From Leptonemataceae bacterium (GTDB taxonomy: Bacteria; Spirochaetota; Leptospiria; Leptospirales; Leptonemataceae), in contig OZ245742.1 of the NCBI GenBank assembly GCA_965227295.1, positions 1,120,001 through 1,184,000 on the forward strand: a stretch of DNA of 64,000 bases, read 5' to 3'. Below are positions 10,163 through 20,543 of this stretch, in pieces (the first letter of the stretch is position 1; the number at the start of each line of letters is the position of its first letter). A program made the translations under genes and the position numbers. The notes beneath the pieces were generated by a model that did not search any database, was not told the origin of the DNA, and saw only the letters and a program-made list of their open reading frames with translations.

Positions 10163-10438
10163 TCACGCCGCCGGGCGCCGGGGAATACCCCGCGGCCGAC
10201 CAGCCTGGAATGCACTCACGGCCCGGCGTGGAACCACCTGGGGGATCAGCTTCGTCACCACGAAGCGCCCCTCGGCCAGCCGGCCCACGACGGTGACCAT
10301 CTGCCCGTTGTCCGCGTCCAGTTTTCCGCTCACCCGCACAATCCGCCGGCACTGCTGCGCATCGTGAAAGATGAGATACGCCCGGCCGCGCGTGTTTTTT
10401 CTATAGATTCCTTCGATGATCATTTGTTCCTGGTGCAT
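10163..10438 (-). CDS. Small hypothetical protein (91 aa)
   Basis: ATG preceded by an AGGAGG Shine-Dalgarno (cctcct at 10445-10450 on +); fills an otherwise empty gap. Confidence 0.55.
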   Translation of the reverse strand: MHQEQMIIEGIYRKNTRGRAYLIFHDAQQCRRIVRVSGKLDADNGQMVTVVGRLAEGRFVVTKLIPQVVPRRAVSAFQAGRPRGIPRRPAA

Positions 10439-10531
10439 GGAATGCCTCCTGTGTAAAATGGGCGCCCGCGCTCTCGCGGACCCCGAACGAGGGAGAGGAA
10501 TCACGCGATCGTTCCGCGTTTTTTTCGTGCG

Positions 10532-11215
10532 ATGAGATTTTTTTACCGGACCCTGACGTTGCTCTCTGTCGCCGCGCTGCTCGCCGGCCCGCTTCGGGCC
10601 CAGGACAGCGCCGGTAACATCTGCGCGTTCGAATTCGTGCCCGCGGAGGGTGCTCGACTCATTCAGAACGATCCGGAGCTGGTTGTCTACGAACGCCTCT
10701 ACAACTTCGACACACGGGTCGCCGTGCCGATCCAGTGGATCTTTACCTGCACGGTAAATACAAAACGCACGTCACAAATCTCCGAGATTCGCGAAAATGC
10801 CCGGCTCAGAAACGAAATCCTGCACCGCTTTGAGTTAATGGAACTCACAACCGGAGTCGACGCGGCCGTGTTCTCCCGCACCCGCAACTATGAGGGCCGG
10901 CGCATCAAAACTCTCGAAGCTTACTTCGCAACGCGTGACATCGAGTACCGCTTTTACATTTTGCCGGCCGGCTCCGACGGACAAAGCCTCAATGAACTCG
11001 CCGGCATCTCTTACGAGGAACTTGCCGCCGATCTCCGACACCTGCTGCGCCAGGGCAAGTTCAACGGCGACGTGGACGCTACCATCACGGAAGCCGAGTA
11101 CCGCATTCGATTCTACGGCTTTGCCGGAGCCGCTTTAATGCTCGCGATCCTGCTGGGCTATGCCGCCGCGCGGCTGTTGATTCGCAGACCGCGGCCTGAG
11201 GTCAACCGGGAGTAA
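10532..11215 (+). CDS. Hypothetical exported protein with C-terminal membrane anchor
   Basis: Signal peptide (…PLRA|Q) and a C-terminal hydrophobic helix followed by basic residues. Confidence 0.7.
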   Translation: MRFFYRTLTLLSVAALLAGPLRAQDSAGNICAFEFVPAEGARLIQNDPELVVYERLYNFDTRVAVPIQWIFTCTVNTKRTSQISEIRENARLRNEILHRFELMELTTGVDAAVFSRTRNYEGRRIKTLEAYFATRDIEYRFYILPAGSDGQSLNELAGISYEELAADLRHLLRQGKFNGDVDATITEAEYRIRFYGFAGAALMLAILLGYAAARLLIRRPRPEVNRE

Positions 11216-11216
11216 G

Positions 11217-11573
11217 TTAGGAGTTTTTCCGAACGGCCTTCAGAGCGTCGTCCATGGAATCGAAGCAGTCGAGGTACTGTGTGGAGCGCGTAATGCGCAT
11301 GAGGTTGGCAACCTTGGGATTGAGACCGGTAATGTAGAACTTACCTTCGTAGCCTTTGATCTGCTGATGAATGCGGATGAGTCCGCCCATGCCGGAGGAA
11401 TCGATGAATCCGGTCTCTGACATGTCGAGGATGATGTGGGCGGGCTGCTTCTGGTCGATAAGCGCCTTGAACTCTTCCAGGAGCTCGGTAACGTTAAACA
11501 TGTCGATCTGGGACAGACTCAGGCGAACGACGAAGGCCCCGTCCCGCTCTTCCAGATCAAAAACCTTGCTCAT
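11217..11573 (-). CDS. STAS domain protein (anti-sigma factor antagonist)
   Basis: ILDMSETGFIDSSGMGGL motif; about 118 aa. Confidence 0.9.
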   Translation of the reverse strand: MSKVFDLEERDGAFVVRLSLSQIDMFNVTELLEEFKALIDQKQPAHIILDMSETGFIDSSGMGGLIRIHQQIKGYEGKFYITGLNPKVANLMRITRSTQYLDCFDSMDDALKAVRKNS

Positions 11574-11680
11574 ACTGAGTCCACCTGCCCGGCCACAGAA
11601 AACAAGCTCCAGTCGATTTTGGACAGTATTTTTAAGAAGTAATGGACAGAAAAATCTGCGGCTCGGGTTCATTCAAACGT

Positions 11681-12904
11681 ATGCGCAACCGATTTCTAGT
11701 GAGTTTTTCGTGGTTTCGCATTCTCCTTCATACAACACTCTTACCGGTTTTCTGCATAACCCTGACTTTCCTTTCCCGGATCGGATGCGCATCCCAACCA
11801 CCTGCTCCCGCCCCGCAAGCGACACCCGTGCACGTCGAGGCGCTGGTGCGAGAAGGACTAGCCCTGCACTCCCGCGGAGAACTGGAAGCCGCGGCAACGC
11901 GCTTCGAGACTGCGGTCCAGGCGCAGCCCAACAACTCCCTCGCCCACTACCGGCTGGGCTATGTCCTGGACGATCTCGGCCGAAGTGAAGACGCGCTCAT
12001 ACATTTGCGGCGGAGCGTGGAGCTAGATCCCGGCAACGCCGCGGCCCGGCGCGTACTGGGCTACGTCTTGTTGAACGCGGGTTACGTCGAAGAATCCATG
12101 GAACACAGTCGAGCCGCCGTGGACGCCGACGCCTTTGACGGCGCCGCGCACATCAATCTCGGCTACGGCTATTATCGTCTGGGCAGCTTTGAGAAAGCGT
12201 ACTTTCACTTACAGAAGGCCGTCGCCCTTACGCGGGACAACGCCGGCCAAACCGCCCGCGCGCAACTCTATTCGGGCATCCTCCTGTATCGCATGCGCCG
12301 CATCGAAGAAGCCGAGGAGCGCTTTCGCCTGGCCCTGGCCGCAGCACCGGAGAATCCGGAGATTCACTACCGCCTGGGACTGCTCCTGGACACGGAGGCG
12401 AAGACCGAGGCGCGCCGGCGGGAAGGCTTAGGTTATATTCGCCAGGCATTAAGGATTGACGCGGACTATCTCCCGGCCCACCGCGCGCTGGCATACATCT
12501 ACGTACGCGACCTCGAATGGAAACTCGCCCGCGCGCATGCGGAGACAACCCTCGCCCGCGATCCCAACGACACTGCCACGCGCTACAATCTCGGCCTCGT
12601 CTACTATCGTCTGGAAGATTTCAACGCGGCAGAGCAACAATTTAATCGCGTCCTGAAAGCGGAGCCCGAGAACTTCGACGCGTTGTTTTACCTGGCGAGC
12701 ATCGATCTGCGGTACGAGAAGTACGAGCGCGCCGCCCGGCGCTACGAGGCCGTCGTCGCAAAAGATGCGGGCAATCGTTACGCACACTACAATCTCGGCC
12801 TGGCGTACGCGGGTCTCGGCGATACGCAGCGCGCGCGGGCAGCGTTTGAGCGTGCGTGTAAGTTGAAAGATGATGAGGCTTGCAAAATCCTGAAGACTGA
12901 GTGA
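11681..12904 (+). CDS. Tetratricopeptide repeat (lipo)protein
   Basis: Hydrophobic N-terminus with Cys; repeated AHYxLG/YNLG TPR units. Confidence 0.85.
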   Translation: MRNRFLVSFSWFRILLHTTLLPVFCITLTFLSRIGCASQPPAPAPQATPVHVEALVREGLALHSRGELEAAATRFETAVQAQPNNSLAHYRLGYVLDDLGRSEDALIHLRRSVELDPGNAAARRVLGYVLLNAGYVEESMEHSRAAVDADAFDGAAHINLGYGYYRLGSFEKAYFHLQKAVALTRDNAGQTARAQLYSGILLYRMRRIEEAEERFRLALAAAPENPEIHYRLGLLLDTEAKTEARRREGLGYIRQALRIDADYLPAHRALAYIYVRDLEWKLARAHAETTLARDPNDTATRYNLGLVYYRLEDFNAAEQQFNRVLKAEPENFDALFYLASIDLRYEKYERAARRYEAVVAKDAGNRYAHYNLGLAYAGLGDTQRARAAFERACKLKDDEACKILKTE

Positions 12905-12958
12905 GCCGGGAGCGCCACGAGTTCACCGCGCCGGGACGATGCGCGCAAACAAGAGCGA

Positions 12959-14125
12959 CTACTCCTCGAGCCGGAACGTGAGCCCGGCATGTGCCTGCAA
13001 CGCCGCGACAAGCGGTTCACCGAGCAACGATGCCGTCGTAAAACAACCGCCCTGTTCGCGCGGTAGCGCCGCAAGGCACAGCGCTGCCTCGGCCATCATC
13101 TTGCTCGTGGAACCGTAGCCGGGATCGGCGTCGCCTTTAACGCTGGCGTTCAACGAGCGGCCGTCGGGGCCGGAGCCCAGGAACACTATGTCGTAAAAAC
13201 CGGCGTCACGCTCCTCTCTGGACGGACCTTCGCCCGATTTATGGCTCTTGCCGCCGAGCATCATTTTCGCCACTTTCTGTGCCACATCCGTCGCCGCCAG
13301 AGCCGCGTCCTGGATCGTGGTGTACATCATTTCGTCGTACACGAAGTTTTCACCGTAAGGATGCCCCAAAAGAAAGTTAGAGCGATGCACGTTTTTTGTG
13401 TTGATCGTCGCCATAACGAACGGAGCTTCCCAGAGGCCGACCTCGGGGTTATAGGACGGCGCCAGGCCGGACGGCTGTTCCGGGCCCTTGAATCCCGGCG
13501 TCAATGCAAACGGATCGTTCAGTGCTTCGCGGGAGGACGCGTCTCGCAGCGTGGCCTTGAGTGTCGCCTTCATGCTCGCCATGGTGCCGCCGGAAGCGTC
13601 GCCCTTAATTTTACGCACGCGCCCCTTAATACGCGGAAGCGGCTCGCCGAATTTTTCGCGGGCGGCTTTCTGCAGAAACCAAACGCCCAGATCCGAGGGG
13701 ATCGAATCAAAGCCGCCCGAGAAGAGAATACGCGCGCCGGACTCTTTCGCTTTCGCTTCGTGCGCTTCAATCATCTCTTTCATCCACACGGGCTCGCCGT
13801 TGAGGTCGATGTAGTCCGTGCCGGAACGTGCGCAGGCTTCCACCAGCGGACTGCCGTATTTTTGGTACGGTCCGACAGTGGTCACGACCATCCGGGATGC
13901 CTGGCACAGGGCATCCAGCGATGCCGGATCGTCGGCGTCGGCCTGTATGAGGGGGAAGTCCGCCGGCAAACCGAGTTCGTCCCGGACACCGGCGAGCTTG
14001 TCGAGATTGCGACCGGCCAGGGCCCAGTCTTTTGCGCCGCGACGGGCGAGCACTTCGGCAACGAGTTTGCCGGTAAAACCGGTGGCGCCGTAAAGAGTGA
14101 TGGCATACGTACGAGAGTTGGACAT
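12959..14125 (-). CDS. Saccharopine dehydrogenase-like oxidoreductase (trans-acting enoyl reductase family)
   Basis: LYGATGFTG, LAGRN, VGPY, GFDSIPSD, SGGT and DPGYGSTSKM. Confidence 0.9.
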   Translation of the reverse strand: MSNSRTYAITLYGATGFTGKLVAEVLARRGAKDWALAGRNLDKLAGVRDELGLPADFPLIQADADDPASLDALCQASRMVVTTVGPYQKYGSPLVEACARSGTDYIDLNGEPVWMKEMIEAHEAKAKESGARILFSGGFDSIPSDLGVWFLQKAAREKFGEPLPRIKGRVRKIKGDASGGTMASMKATLKATLRDASSREALNDPFALTPGFKGPEQPSGLAPSYNPEVGLWEAPFVMATINTKNVHRSNFLLGHPYGENFVYDEMMYTTIQDAALAATDVAQKVAKMMLGGKSHKSGEGPSREERDAGFYDIVFLGSGPDGRSLNASVKGDADPGYGSTSKMMAEAALCLAALPREQGGCFTTASLLGEPLVAALQAHAGLTFRLEE

Positions 14126-14187
14126 GGCCTGTGTTATGAGAGACCGCTCTGGAGGTCCAGTGATTGTCAGACGAACAGCGTCTGCTT

Positions 14188-15348
14188 TCAGGCTTCCAAC
14201 TCTGCCTCGGCCCGATATCTGGCGGGAGTCAAGCCGGCCAACGCCTTAAAGTTTCGATTAAACGAGGTCTTCGAATTGAAGCCGACGCTGTAAGCCACTG
14301 CCAGGACGCTACGCTCCGGATCTTCCGTCAACAGGCGCTTCGCGGCTTCCACCCGGAACCGATTGACGTAGCTTCGAAAGTCCGTACCGATCACGTTGTT
14401 GAGGATTTCCGACAACTGCGCCCGATGCACACCGGCCACGTCTGCCAGTTGTTCCAGGCTCAGGTCCTCATCCACGTAGAGCTTTTCGTCGATCATAGCC
14501 CGCTCTAAAGCCGTGACAATGGCGTTCGTGTCCACGTTCTGGAGTTTGGTCTTCGCATACCGCCGGTCGCGAATTTCCTGGTCAATGCGTTGAAAGAAAC
14601 CGGGATAACGATAGTCCAACAAGTACGACCACAAGATGCCGAGGGCCAGTAAGGCCACAACACACCGCCGGAAGAGCGAGTCTCCCAGAAACTGCGACAC
14701 GAGCGCCAGCGGAATCGTGAAGGCCGTCCAGAGCAGCAACACACGAACATGCTTGAGAGCCGGCGTTCGGCTGTCCCGCTGGATGAGATCCACGAGACGC
14801 AGTTGGAAGGACAAACGCAGAAAAGCTACCCCCACGCTCAGCAGACCCAGCACCGCCACGCCTACCAGAATCCGGTGATAGATCATCATGTAAGGAAATT
14901 TTTCATCGTGATCAATAATTGCGATCTTCATCTCCGACGGCAAAAAAAAGGAAGGCAGACAAATCAGCACGGCGAGGCCGAACGGGAGCAGTTCCGGATA
15001 CCCCGGGAATCGAAGGATCTGCTGCACATCATTGTCCGCCGGCCGGTTCAGCAGCCCCTTGAGGTAGGCGACAAAGAGCGGCCCGGCCAGATAATAGAGC
15101 GGAACATGCACACCGTAGAGCCGCGGAGCGTAATCCCGAAATACCTCCCATCCCAGCCCGACGCTGATCAGGAATACGCTGGTCCAGAAGAACAGCAGAC
15201 CCGCATACAGCCGATTGGAGTGCCACGGCCGCACCATCAGTTGTCCCAGCGCCAGCAACAGCAGGAACGAGCCGGTAAAGACCGCGAGGAACAGGGCAAT
15301 ATGATTCACAATCGACGACAACCCGACAAGACTGGGCCTCCTGCGCAC
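14188..15348 (-). CDS. AraC family transcriptional regulator with multi-TM N-terminal sensor region
   Basis: About 7 TM segments, then the AraC HTH (LSLEQLA…FRSYVNRFRVEAAK…VGFNSKTSFNRNFK…TP). Confidence 0.9.
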   Translation of the reverse strand: MRRRPSLVGLSSIVNHIALFLAVFTGSFLLLLALGQLMVRPWHSNRLYAGLLFFWTSVFLISVGLGWEVFRDYAPRLYGVHVPLYYLAGPLFVAYLKGLLNRPADNDVQQILRFPGYPELLPFGLAVLICLPSFFLPSEMKIAIIDHDEKFPYMMIYHRILVGVAVLGLLSVGVAFLRLSFQLRLVDLIQRDSRTPALKHVRVLLLWTAFTIPLALVSQFLGDSLFRRCVVALLALGILWSYLLDYRYPGFFQRIDQEIRDRRYAKTKLQNVDTNAIVTALERAMIDEKLYVDEDLSLEQLADVAGVHRAQLSEILNNVIGTDFRSYVNRFRVEAAKRLLTEDPERSVLAVAYSVGFNSKTSFNRNFKALAGLTPARYRAEAELEA

Positions 15349-15425
15349 GTCCTGAAAGGAAAAAATCAGGTGCCATCATATACGCTGAGCCGACAGGACG
15401 GCAAACCTGAGCTACAGTTTCCTTT

Positions 15426-16892
15426 ATGCGCTGGATCAACCTCATCCCGTGTCTCACCTTCACTGCCTGTAGCTACGGTCATCCCCTGATGGGCGTATTC
15501 CCCTCCGACAAAGGCGGAGCGGGAGCCGATGATTCAGCCCTGGCGCTGCTGTCGCTCTTCGGCGCCGGATCAGTGGCGGACGTCGGTTCCGCCGGTATGA
15601 ACAGCGGCAGTCTGGAGATCCAGGCCTCGGCGACGCAGGTTTTGATCTATGAAAGTGTCACATTCAGCGTCAGCGGGGGCACTCCGCCGTATTCGTTTCG
15701 AGTCTCCACCGGCGGCGGGACGATCAGCACTACCGGGTTGTACACGGCGGCCGCCGTGCTCGGGACGAATACCATCACCGTCGTCGATTCCGCCGGGCTC
15801 ACCGGCAGCACTTCGGTCGTGGTCTCGGGCGGCACGGGCAACGGAACCTTCAGCGTCAGCAACAACTACGGAACGGCCTCCGGCCCCCATGCCGTCCGCG
15901 CCGGTGACATCACGAACGACGGCGTGCTGGACCTGGTCGTAGGCACGCAAACGGGCGGCTCGAACCAGATCAGCATCTACGAGGGGATCGGCGACGGCAG
16001 TTTCCTGGCCGGCACAACCAACAATGCCGGCGGCGGGGTCCGAACGGTGGTCGTAGCAGATTTCGATGCGGACGGAAACCTCGACGTGGGTGCAGGAACC
16101 ACAGGCAATCTCTTCTCCATTTTTCTCGGAAACGCAGATATCACGTTCCAGCCGGGTGTCGACTACGCCCATGCCCCTCAGCCGCTGGGCATCAAAACGG
16201 GGGACATGGACAACGACGGCATTCTGGACATCGTATCCGGAGATCTCGGCACGAACACCATCAGCTTCTTCAAAGGCAACGGCGACGGTACGTTTCAAAG
16301 CGCATCCACATTCGGTTCGTTGAATACGCCGCGCCGGGTCGCGCTGGCCGATTTCAACAACGACGGCAATCTCGACATTGTCGCCGGCAACAGGGCCGGG
16401 ACACCGTCGCTGAACCCGGGCGCCACGGTCTACCTCGGGAACGGCGACGGCACGTTTCAAAACGGCGTCGAGTATGCCTCCACGACCGACTCACGCGCCG
16501 CCCTCACGGGCGATTTCAACGGTGACGCGAATATCGACATAGTAACCCTCCCGAACTCGGGCACGGACATCACGATCTTTCTCGGCAACGGCGATGGCAC
16601 ATTCCAGGCCGGCCAGACGTTCACCGTAAGCGGCACAAACGTATCCCGGGCCGGCGTAGCGTGCGACTTTAACGGCGACGCGCAGATGGACCTCGCTCTA
16701 ACCGACCGCGCGAACAACGATATCGTCGTATTGTTCGGCGACGGAACCGGCAGCTTTACCACGGGACCGTCGCTCAACGCGCCCGGTGATCCCCACGCTG
16801 TTGACTGCCGCGACCTGACCGGCGACGGAAAGATGGACGTTTCCATGACGAGTTTCACAGCAGATTCGCTGAGGGTATTCGTCGGCAATTGA
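15426..16892 (+). CDS. FG-GAP/VCBS repeat lipoprotein with an N-terminal Ig-like segment
   Basis: Lipobox-like FTAC; about 7 repeats of DF/I/MxxDGxLD and GNGDGTF; SGGTPPY Ig-like segment. Confidence 0.85.
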   Translation: MRWINLIPCLTFTACSYGHPLMGVFPSDKGGAGADDSALALLSLFGAGSVADVGSAGMNSGSLEIQASATQVLIYESVTFSVSGGTPPYSFRVSTGGGTISTTGLYTAAAVLGTNTITVVDSAGLTGSTSVVVSGGTGNGTFSVSNNYGTASGPHAVRAGDITNDGVLDLVVGTQTGGSNQISIYEGIGDGSFLAGTTNNAGGGVRTVVVADFDADGNLDVGAGTTGNLFSIFLGNADITFQPGVDYAHAPQPLGIKTGDMDNDGILDIVSGDLGTNTISFFKGNGDGTFQSASTFGSLNTPRRVALADFNNDGNLDIVAGNRAGTPSLNPGATVYLGNGDGTFQNGVEYASTTDSRAALTGDFNGDANIDIVTLPNSGTDITIFLGNGDGTFQAGQTFTVSGTNVSRAGVACDFNGDAQMDLALTDRANNDIVVLFGDGTGSFTTGPSLNAPGDPHAVDCRDLTGDGKMDVSMTSFTADSLRVFVGN

Positions 16893-16930
16893 TCCCCTGC
16901 ATGACAGAGCCGGGGAGCAACACGCAGACA

Positions 16931-17800
16931 TCACAAGGTTGAATCCAGAAATGCCAGCACACCGTCCGCCCAGCGATCGGCCGCCTCGATCATGGGATAG
17001 TGACCGGCGTTGTCGAGAATATTGAGGCGGCTGCCCGGCATTTCCTCATGATGGACCCTCGCGATGTTCTCGCCGGTGATCGGGTCGGATCGCCCCCAGA
17101 GGAACAGGGTCGATAGTTGGTTCATCCTCAGCGCTCCCACCCAACGATGCCAGAACAGTTCGCGTTCGCGCAAATATTGTGTAATGAACGGTAACACTTT
17201 CTTGCCGTCGTTTCTCGGCAGCAGAGTCCACATCGCATCTACTTCCTCAGTCGAAAGCTTCGATGCGTCGTGCCAGAGCTGTTTCATGTTTTTTCGGAAG
17301 ATGCGCTTGCTGCTCAGCCGCGCAACGATGGGACCGATGCGCCGGTTCCGCAGTAACTTCTGAATAAATCGTAGCCTGGCCAGCTCTATATGCACTGACC
17401 CGTTCGACAGAGTCACGGACTGCAACTGGATCGGTTCAAGGCCCAGGTTCCGCCGTGCAATGATTTCAGTGGCAACTGTGGTGCCGTAATCGTGGGCAAC
17501 CAGATGCGCTCGTTCGATGCCCAACTTCGACCAGAGAACCAGTGCGCGATCCGCCTGTTCCATTACGGAGTAAGAGTAGTCCGTGGGCTTATCCGAGAAA
17601 CCGAATCCGGTATGATCATGTACTATGACACGATACTTATCCGCGAGCAAAGGCAGGGCCGCCTTGAAATCGTAAGACGAGGTGGGGTATCCGTGGAGAA
17701 TTACTATTGTTTCGGCGCCACTGCCGACATCCATCACGAAGAGTTTATGGCCACCGATCGTTACGTACGATCCGGACTCGTGCCAGGCTGTAATATTCAT
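16931..17800 (-). CDS. Alpha/beta fold hydrolase (MEST/epoxide hydrolase-like)
   Basis: LHGYPTSS, GFGFSDKP, AHDYG (Asp nucleophile) and GHYP. Confidence 0.85.
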   Translation of the reverse strand: MNITAWHESGSYVTIGGHKLFVMDVGSGAETIVILHGYPTSSYDFKAALPLLADKYRVIVHDHTGFGFSDKPTDYSYSVMEQADRALVLWSKLGIERAHLVAHDYGTTVATEIIARRNLGLEPIQLQSVTLSNGSVHIELARLRFIQKLLRNRRIGPIVARLSSKRIFRKNMKQLWHDASKLSTEEVDAMWTLLPRNDGKKVLPFITQYLRERELFWHRWVGALRMNQLSTLFLWGRSDPITGENIARVHHEEMPGSRLNILDNAGHYPMIEAADRWADGVLAFLDSTL

Positions 17801-17917
17801 AATCCCCCCATAGCTGCCGACCAGAACAGACCGGTCTGTCTGCTGCATTCGGTCAAGCAAGAAAAACGGCAGAAATCATTGCTCGCCTCCGCACCCCGGG
17901 CTGCCTAGATTATCTCC

Positions 17918-18946
17918 GTGAATCACCGTGCCGATCCATTCATCCCACTTTCGTTTCCCTGGGAAACCCGGGATCCCTTCCTGTTCTGTGTCCATCACGA
18001 AGATCATTATCCTCGCGGGAACGGAGCCTACGGCCCGGATGCAGCGAGCCTCCAGGGGCGGCGCATCGGCATGGACTTCGAGCCCCGGGAGGGCTGGCGC
18101 ATGTACCACGGCAGTAAGGTCCCCGGCTTCCCCGCGCATCCGCACCGCGGCTTCGAGACGGTAACTGTCGTTCAGCGTGGCTTTGTGGACCACGCCGATT
18201 CCCAGGGAGCCGCCGGTCGCTACGGCGGCGGCGACGTGCAATGGATGACCGCCGGCCGCGGCCTGCAGCATTCCGAAATGTTCCCTCTGCTGTCAGCCGA
18301 ACAAGAAAACACGTTGGAGTTGTTTCAAATCTGGCTGAACCTGCCGGCGAAACGCAAGATGACCGAGCCCGCGTTTAAGATGCTGTGGAACGAAGATATT
18401 CCGGTGCTGCGTGAACAAGATGCATCGGGCAAGGAAACTCGTGTCATATTGTATGCGGGTGAACTTCAGGGCTTGCAACCGCCGGCCCCCGCACCGGACT
18501 CCTGGGCAGCCGAACCGGAAAACCATGTGGCGATCTGGAACATCATCCTGCCCGCTGGCGGCGAGTGGACGTTGCCCGCCGCGCCGGCCGGACTGAATCG
18601 CCGGTTGTACTATTATCGCGGGGCGGACCTGCTGCTCGACGGCAAGCCGATGCCCGAATACCACGCCGTTGATCTGGCCTCGGACGCTGCCCCTGCCCTC
18701 CGCGCCGACGGCCATGAAGAAGTGCGCATCCTGCTTTTACAGGGCCGGCCGATCAACGAGCCCGTCGTTCAGCACGGGCCGTTCTTCATGAACAAGCACG
18801 AGGAGATTCAACAGGCCTTCCACGATTACCAGGCGACGGGCTTCGGCGGCTGGCCCTGGAATGGTGCCGACCCCGTGCACGGCGGAGAACTCCGCCGGTT
18901 TGCGCGTTATGCGGACGGACGTGAGGAGAGCCGGCCTGTCGTTTAA
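17918..18946 (+). CDS. Pirin family protein
   Basis: HPHRGFETVT, HADS, GDVQWMTAGRGLQHSE, QIWLNLP and EPVVQHGPF. Confidence 0.9.
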   Translation: MNHRADPFIPLSFPWETRDPFLFCVHHEDHYPRGNGAYGPDAASLQGRRIGMDFEPREGWRMYHGSKVPGFPAHPHRGFETVTVVQRGFVDHADSQGAAGRYGGGDVQWMTAGRGLQHSEMFPLLSAEQENTLELFQIWLNLPAKRKMTEPAFKMLWNEDIPVLREQDASGKETRVILYAGELQGLQPPAPAPDSWAAEPENHVAIWNIILPAGGEWTLPAAPAGLNRRLYYYRGADLLLDGKPMPEYHAVDLASDAAPALRADGHEEVRILLLQGRPINEPVVQHGPFFMNKHEEIQQAFHDYQATGFGGWPWNGADPVHGGELRRFARYADGREESRPVV

Positions 18947-19210
18947 CCGAAAGGCATAGAGCGGAGCGCCCGTGCCGGTCTGGGCCTGGCCGATGTCAAT
19001 GGCGACGGGTGCGTGCTGTCGACAACAGGCTGGAAAAAACTGTATCACCGGCGACACCAGTTTGACGATCTCGATCACCGTAGCAGGCGAGAGCAGGGCG
19101 AACACGGTTTCCTGGGGCCTGAACGGCGACGAAGGAGAAGCGCCGGAATAGGATCACGAGTACCGGCTGATCTCTCCTTGACGACGCGGACGTGGAAGCC
19201 TTCCTGAGGC

Positions 19211-20050
19211 GTGCCCGAACTACCGGACCTTGAGTACATCGTGAAGCGCGTCGAACCGGCGCTGACCGGGCGCAGTATTGCGGGGATCCACGTTCGCGAG
19301 TCCATCGTCATTCGCAACAGCCTCGGTCGGAAACTGGAAGATGCGTTGCCCGGGCTGGTGTTCGAGCGAGTATTCCGCCATGGCCCGTTCCTGCACTTCT
19401 CGCTTGGTGCGGTCGACCTGGTAATCCATCCCATGCTGGCCGGTCGCTTCTGGCTCGGGAAAGACGCGGAGAAACCGCGCGGTGCCGGCCTGTGTTTTCA
19501 GTTGCAACTCGATGCCGGGGTCTTCGCATACCTCGATACCAAAAAGATGGGCAAGGCCTACGTGAACCCGGCGGGCAGCGTCGATTCGATTCCCCGGTAC
19601 ACCGACCAGGGATTACCGTTGCTGTCGCCGGAGTTCACGGAAGAGAACTTCCGAAAGATCGCACAAAAACGCAAGCGCCAGCAGACCCGCGTCTTCTTAA
19701 TGGATCAAACGAACTTCAGCGCAATCGGGAATGCTTACGCGGACGAGATCCTCTTCGCGGCGCGCATTCACCCTAAAACACTCGTATCGCAACTTAACTA
19801 CGAGGAGCTACATAGCCTGTTCACGGCCATGGGTTCCGTAATACAATGGGGTATTGAAGCGGTGGCCGCGGCCGACGAACCCATTGACGTAAAAGTGCGC
19901 GACCACGTCAAAGTTCGCAATCGCCGTGACGAACCCTGCCCGAACTGCGGCACAAAAATCCGCAGGGTCGCCGTGCTCGGGCATGACGCGTTCTTCTGCC
20001 CGCAGTGTCAGCCCACCGGACGAAAGCAGTTCATTGATTGGCAAAAGTGA
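19211..20050 (+). CDS. Fpg/Nei family DNA glycosylase/AP lyase
   Basis: N-terminal PELPD, H2TH motif IGNAYADEILFAARIHP, C-terminal zinc finger CPNC…CPQCQ. Confidence 0.9.
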   Translation: MPELPDLEYIVKRVEPALTGRSIAGIHVRESIVIRNSLGRKLEDALPGLVFERVFRHGPFLHFSLGAVDLVIHPMLAGRFWLGKDAEKPRGAGLCFQLQLDAGVFAYLDTKKMGKAYVNPAGSVDSIPRYTDQGLPLLSPEFTEENFRKIAQKRKRQQTRVFLMDQTNFSAIGNAYADEILFAARIHPKTLVSQLNYEELHSLFTAMGSVIQWGIEAVAAADEPIDVKVRDHVKVRNRRDEPCPNCGTKIRRVAVLGHDAFFCPQCQPTGRKQFIDWQK

Positions 20051-20051
20051 T

Positions 20052-20543
20052 TCACTGCTTTACGCCCTTGATTAACAACCAGAGGCAAAACGCGGTCTCG
20101 GCAAACACGGGCAACAGATACGCCATCTGAAATGCTGCCGCCGCTTCCGGCGCGAGCAACTTCAGATAACTACCAATCAAATACACGGGAGCGGCGGCCG
20201 TAATCAGCACGCCGATGATTCGCGGCAAGAAGCCGGACCGGTAGACCAGATAGCCCGTCACAAAACAATTGATGCCGAAGAAGAGCAGGCCAATGTCATA
20301 ACCGATACCGTGGGCCTGCACAAAAAAGAGTGCGAGAGAGCTGTATCCATCTTCCTGAGCGCCTGAACTCGAAAGGAGTAGAATCACGAACTGAAGATTC
20401 AGCAGGTTCGCACCGAGCACCGCGGCCTGGGTCAGTCGAAACGCCGTGGCCATCATGGCGCCGGTCTGGCTCACCGGTCGCAGCAGTACGTAGAGCAATA
20501 CCGCCAGAGCGACGTCGCACAGCATCATGATGGTATCCACCAC
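20052..20543 (-). pseudogene. DUF4386-like membrane protein, apparently 5'-truncated
   Basis: DVALAVLLYVLLRPV…GYDIGLLFFG…GYLVYRSGFLPRIIG…E…LWLLIKGV resembles the C-terminal two-thirds of DUF4386. An in-frame stop lies a few codons upstream of the first possible start. Confidence 0.55.

Noticed and set aside
14942-14949. 8-nt homopolymers (A8 in the AraC gene, T8 at 30902 in rsmG, T8 at 49984)
   Set aside because: Frames are intact and the tracts are too short to support phase variation without population data.
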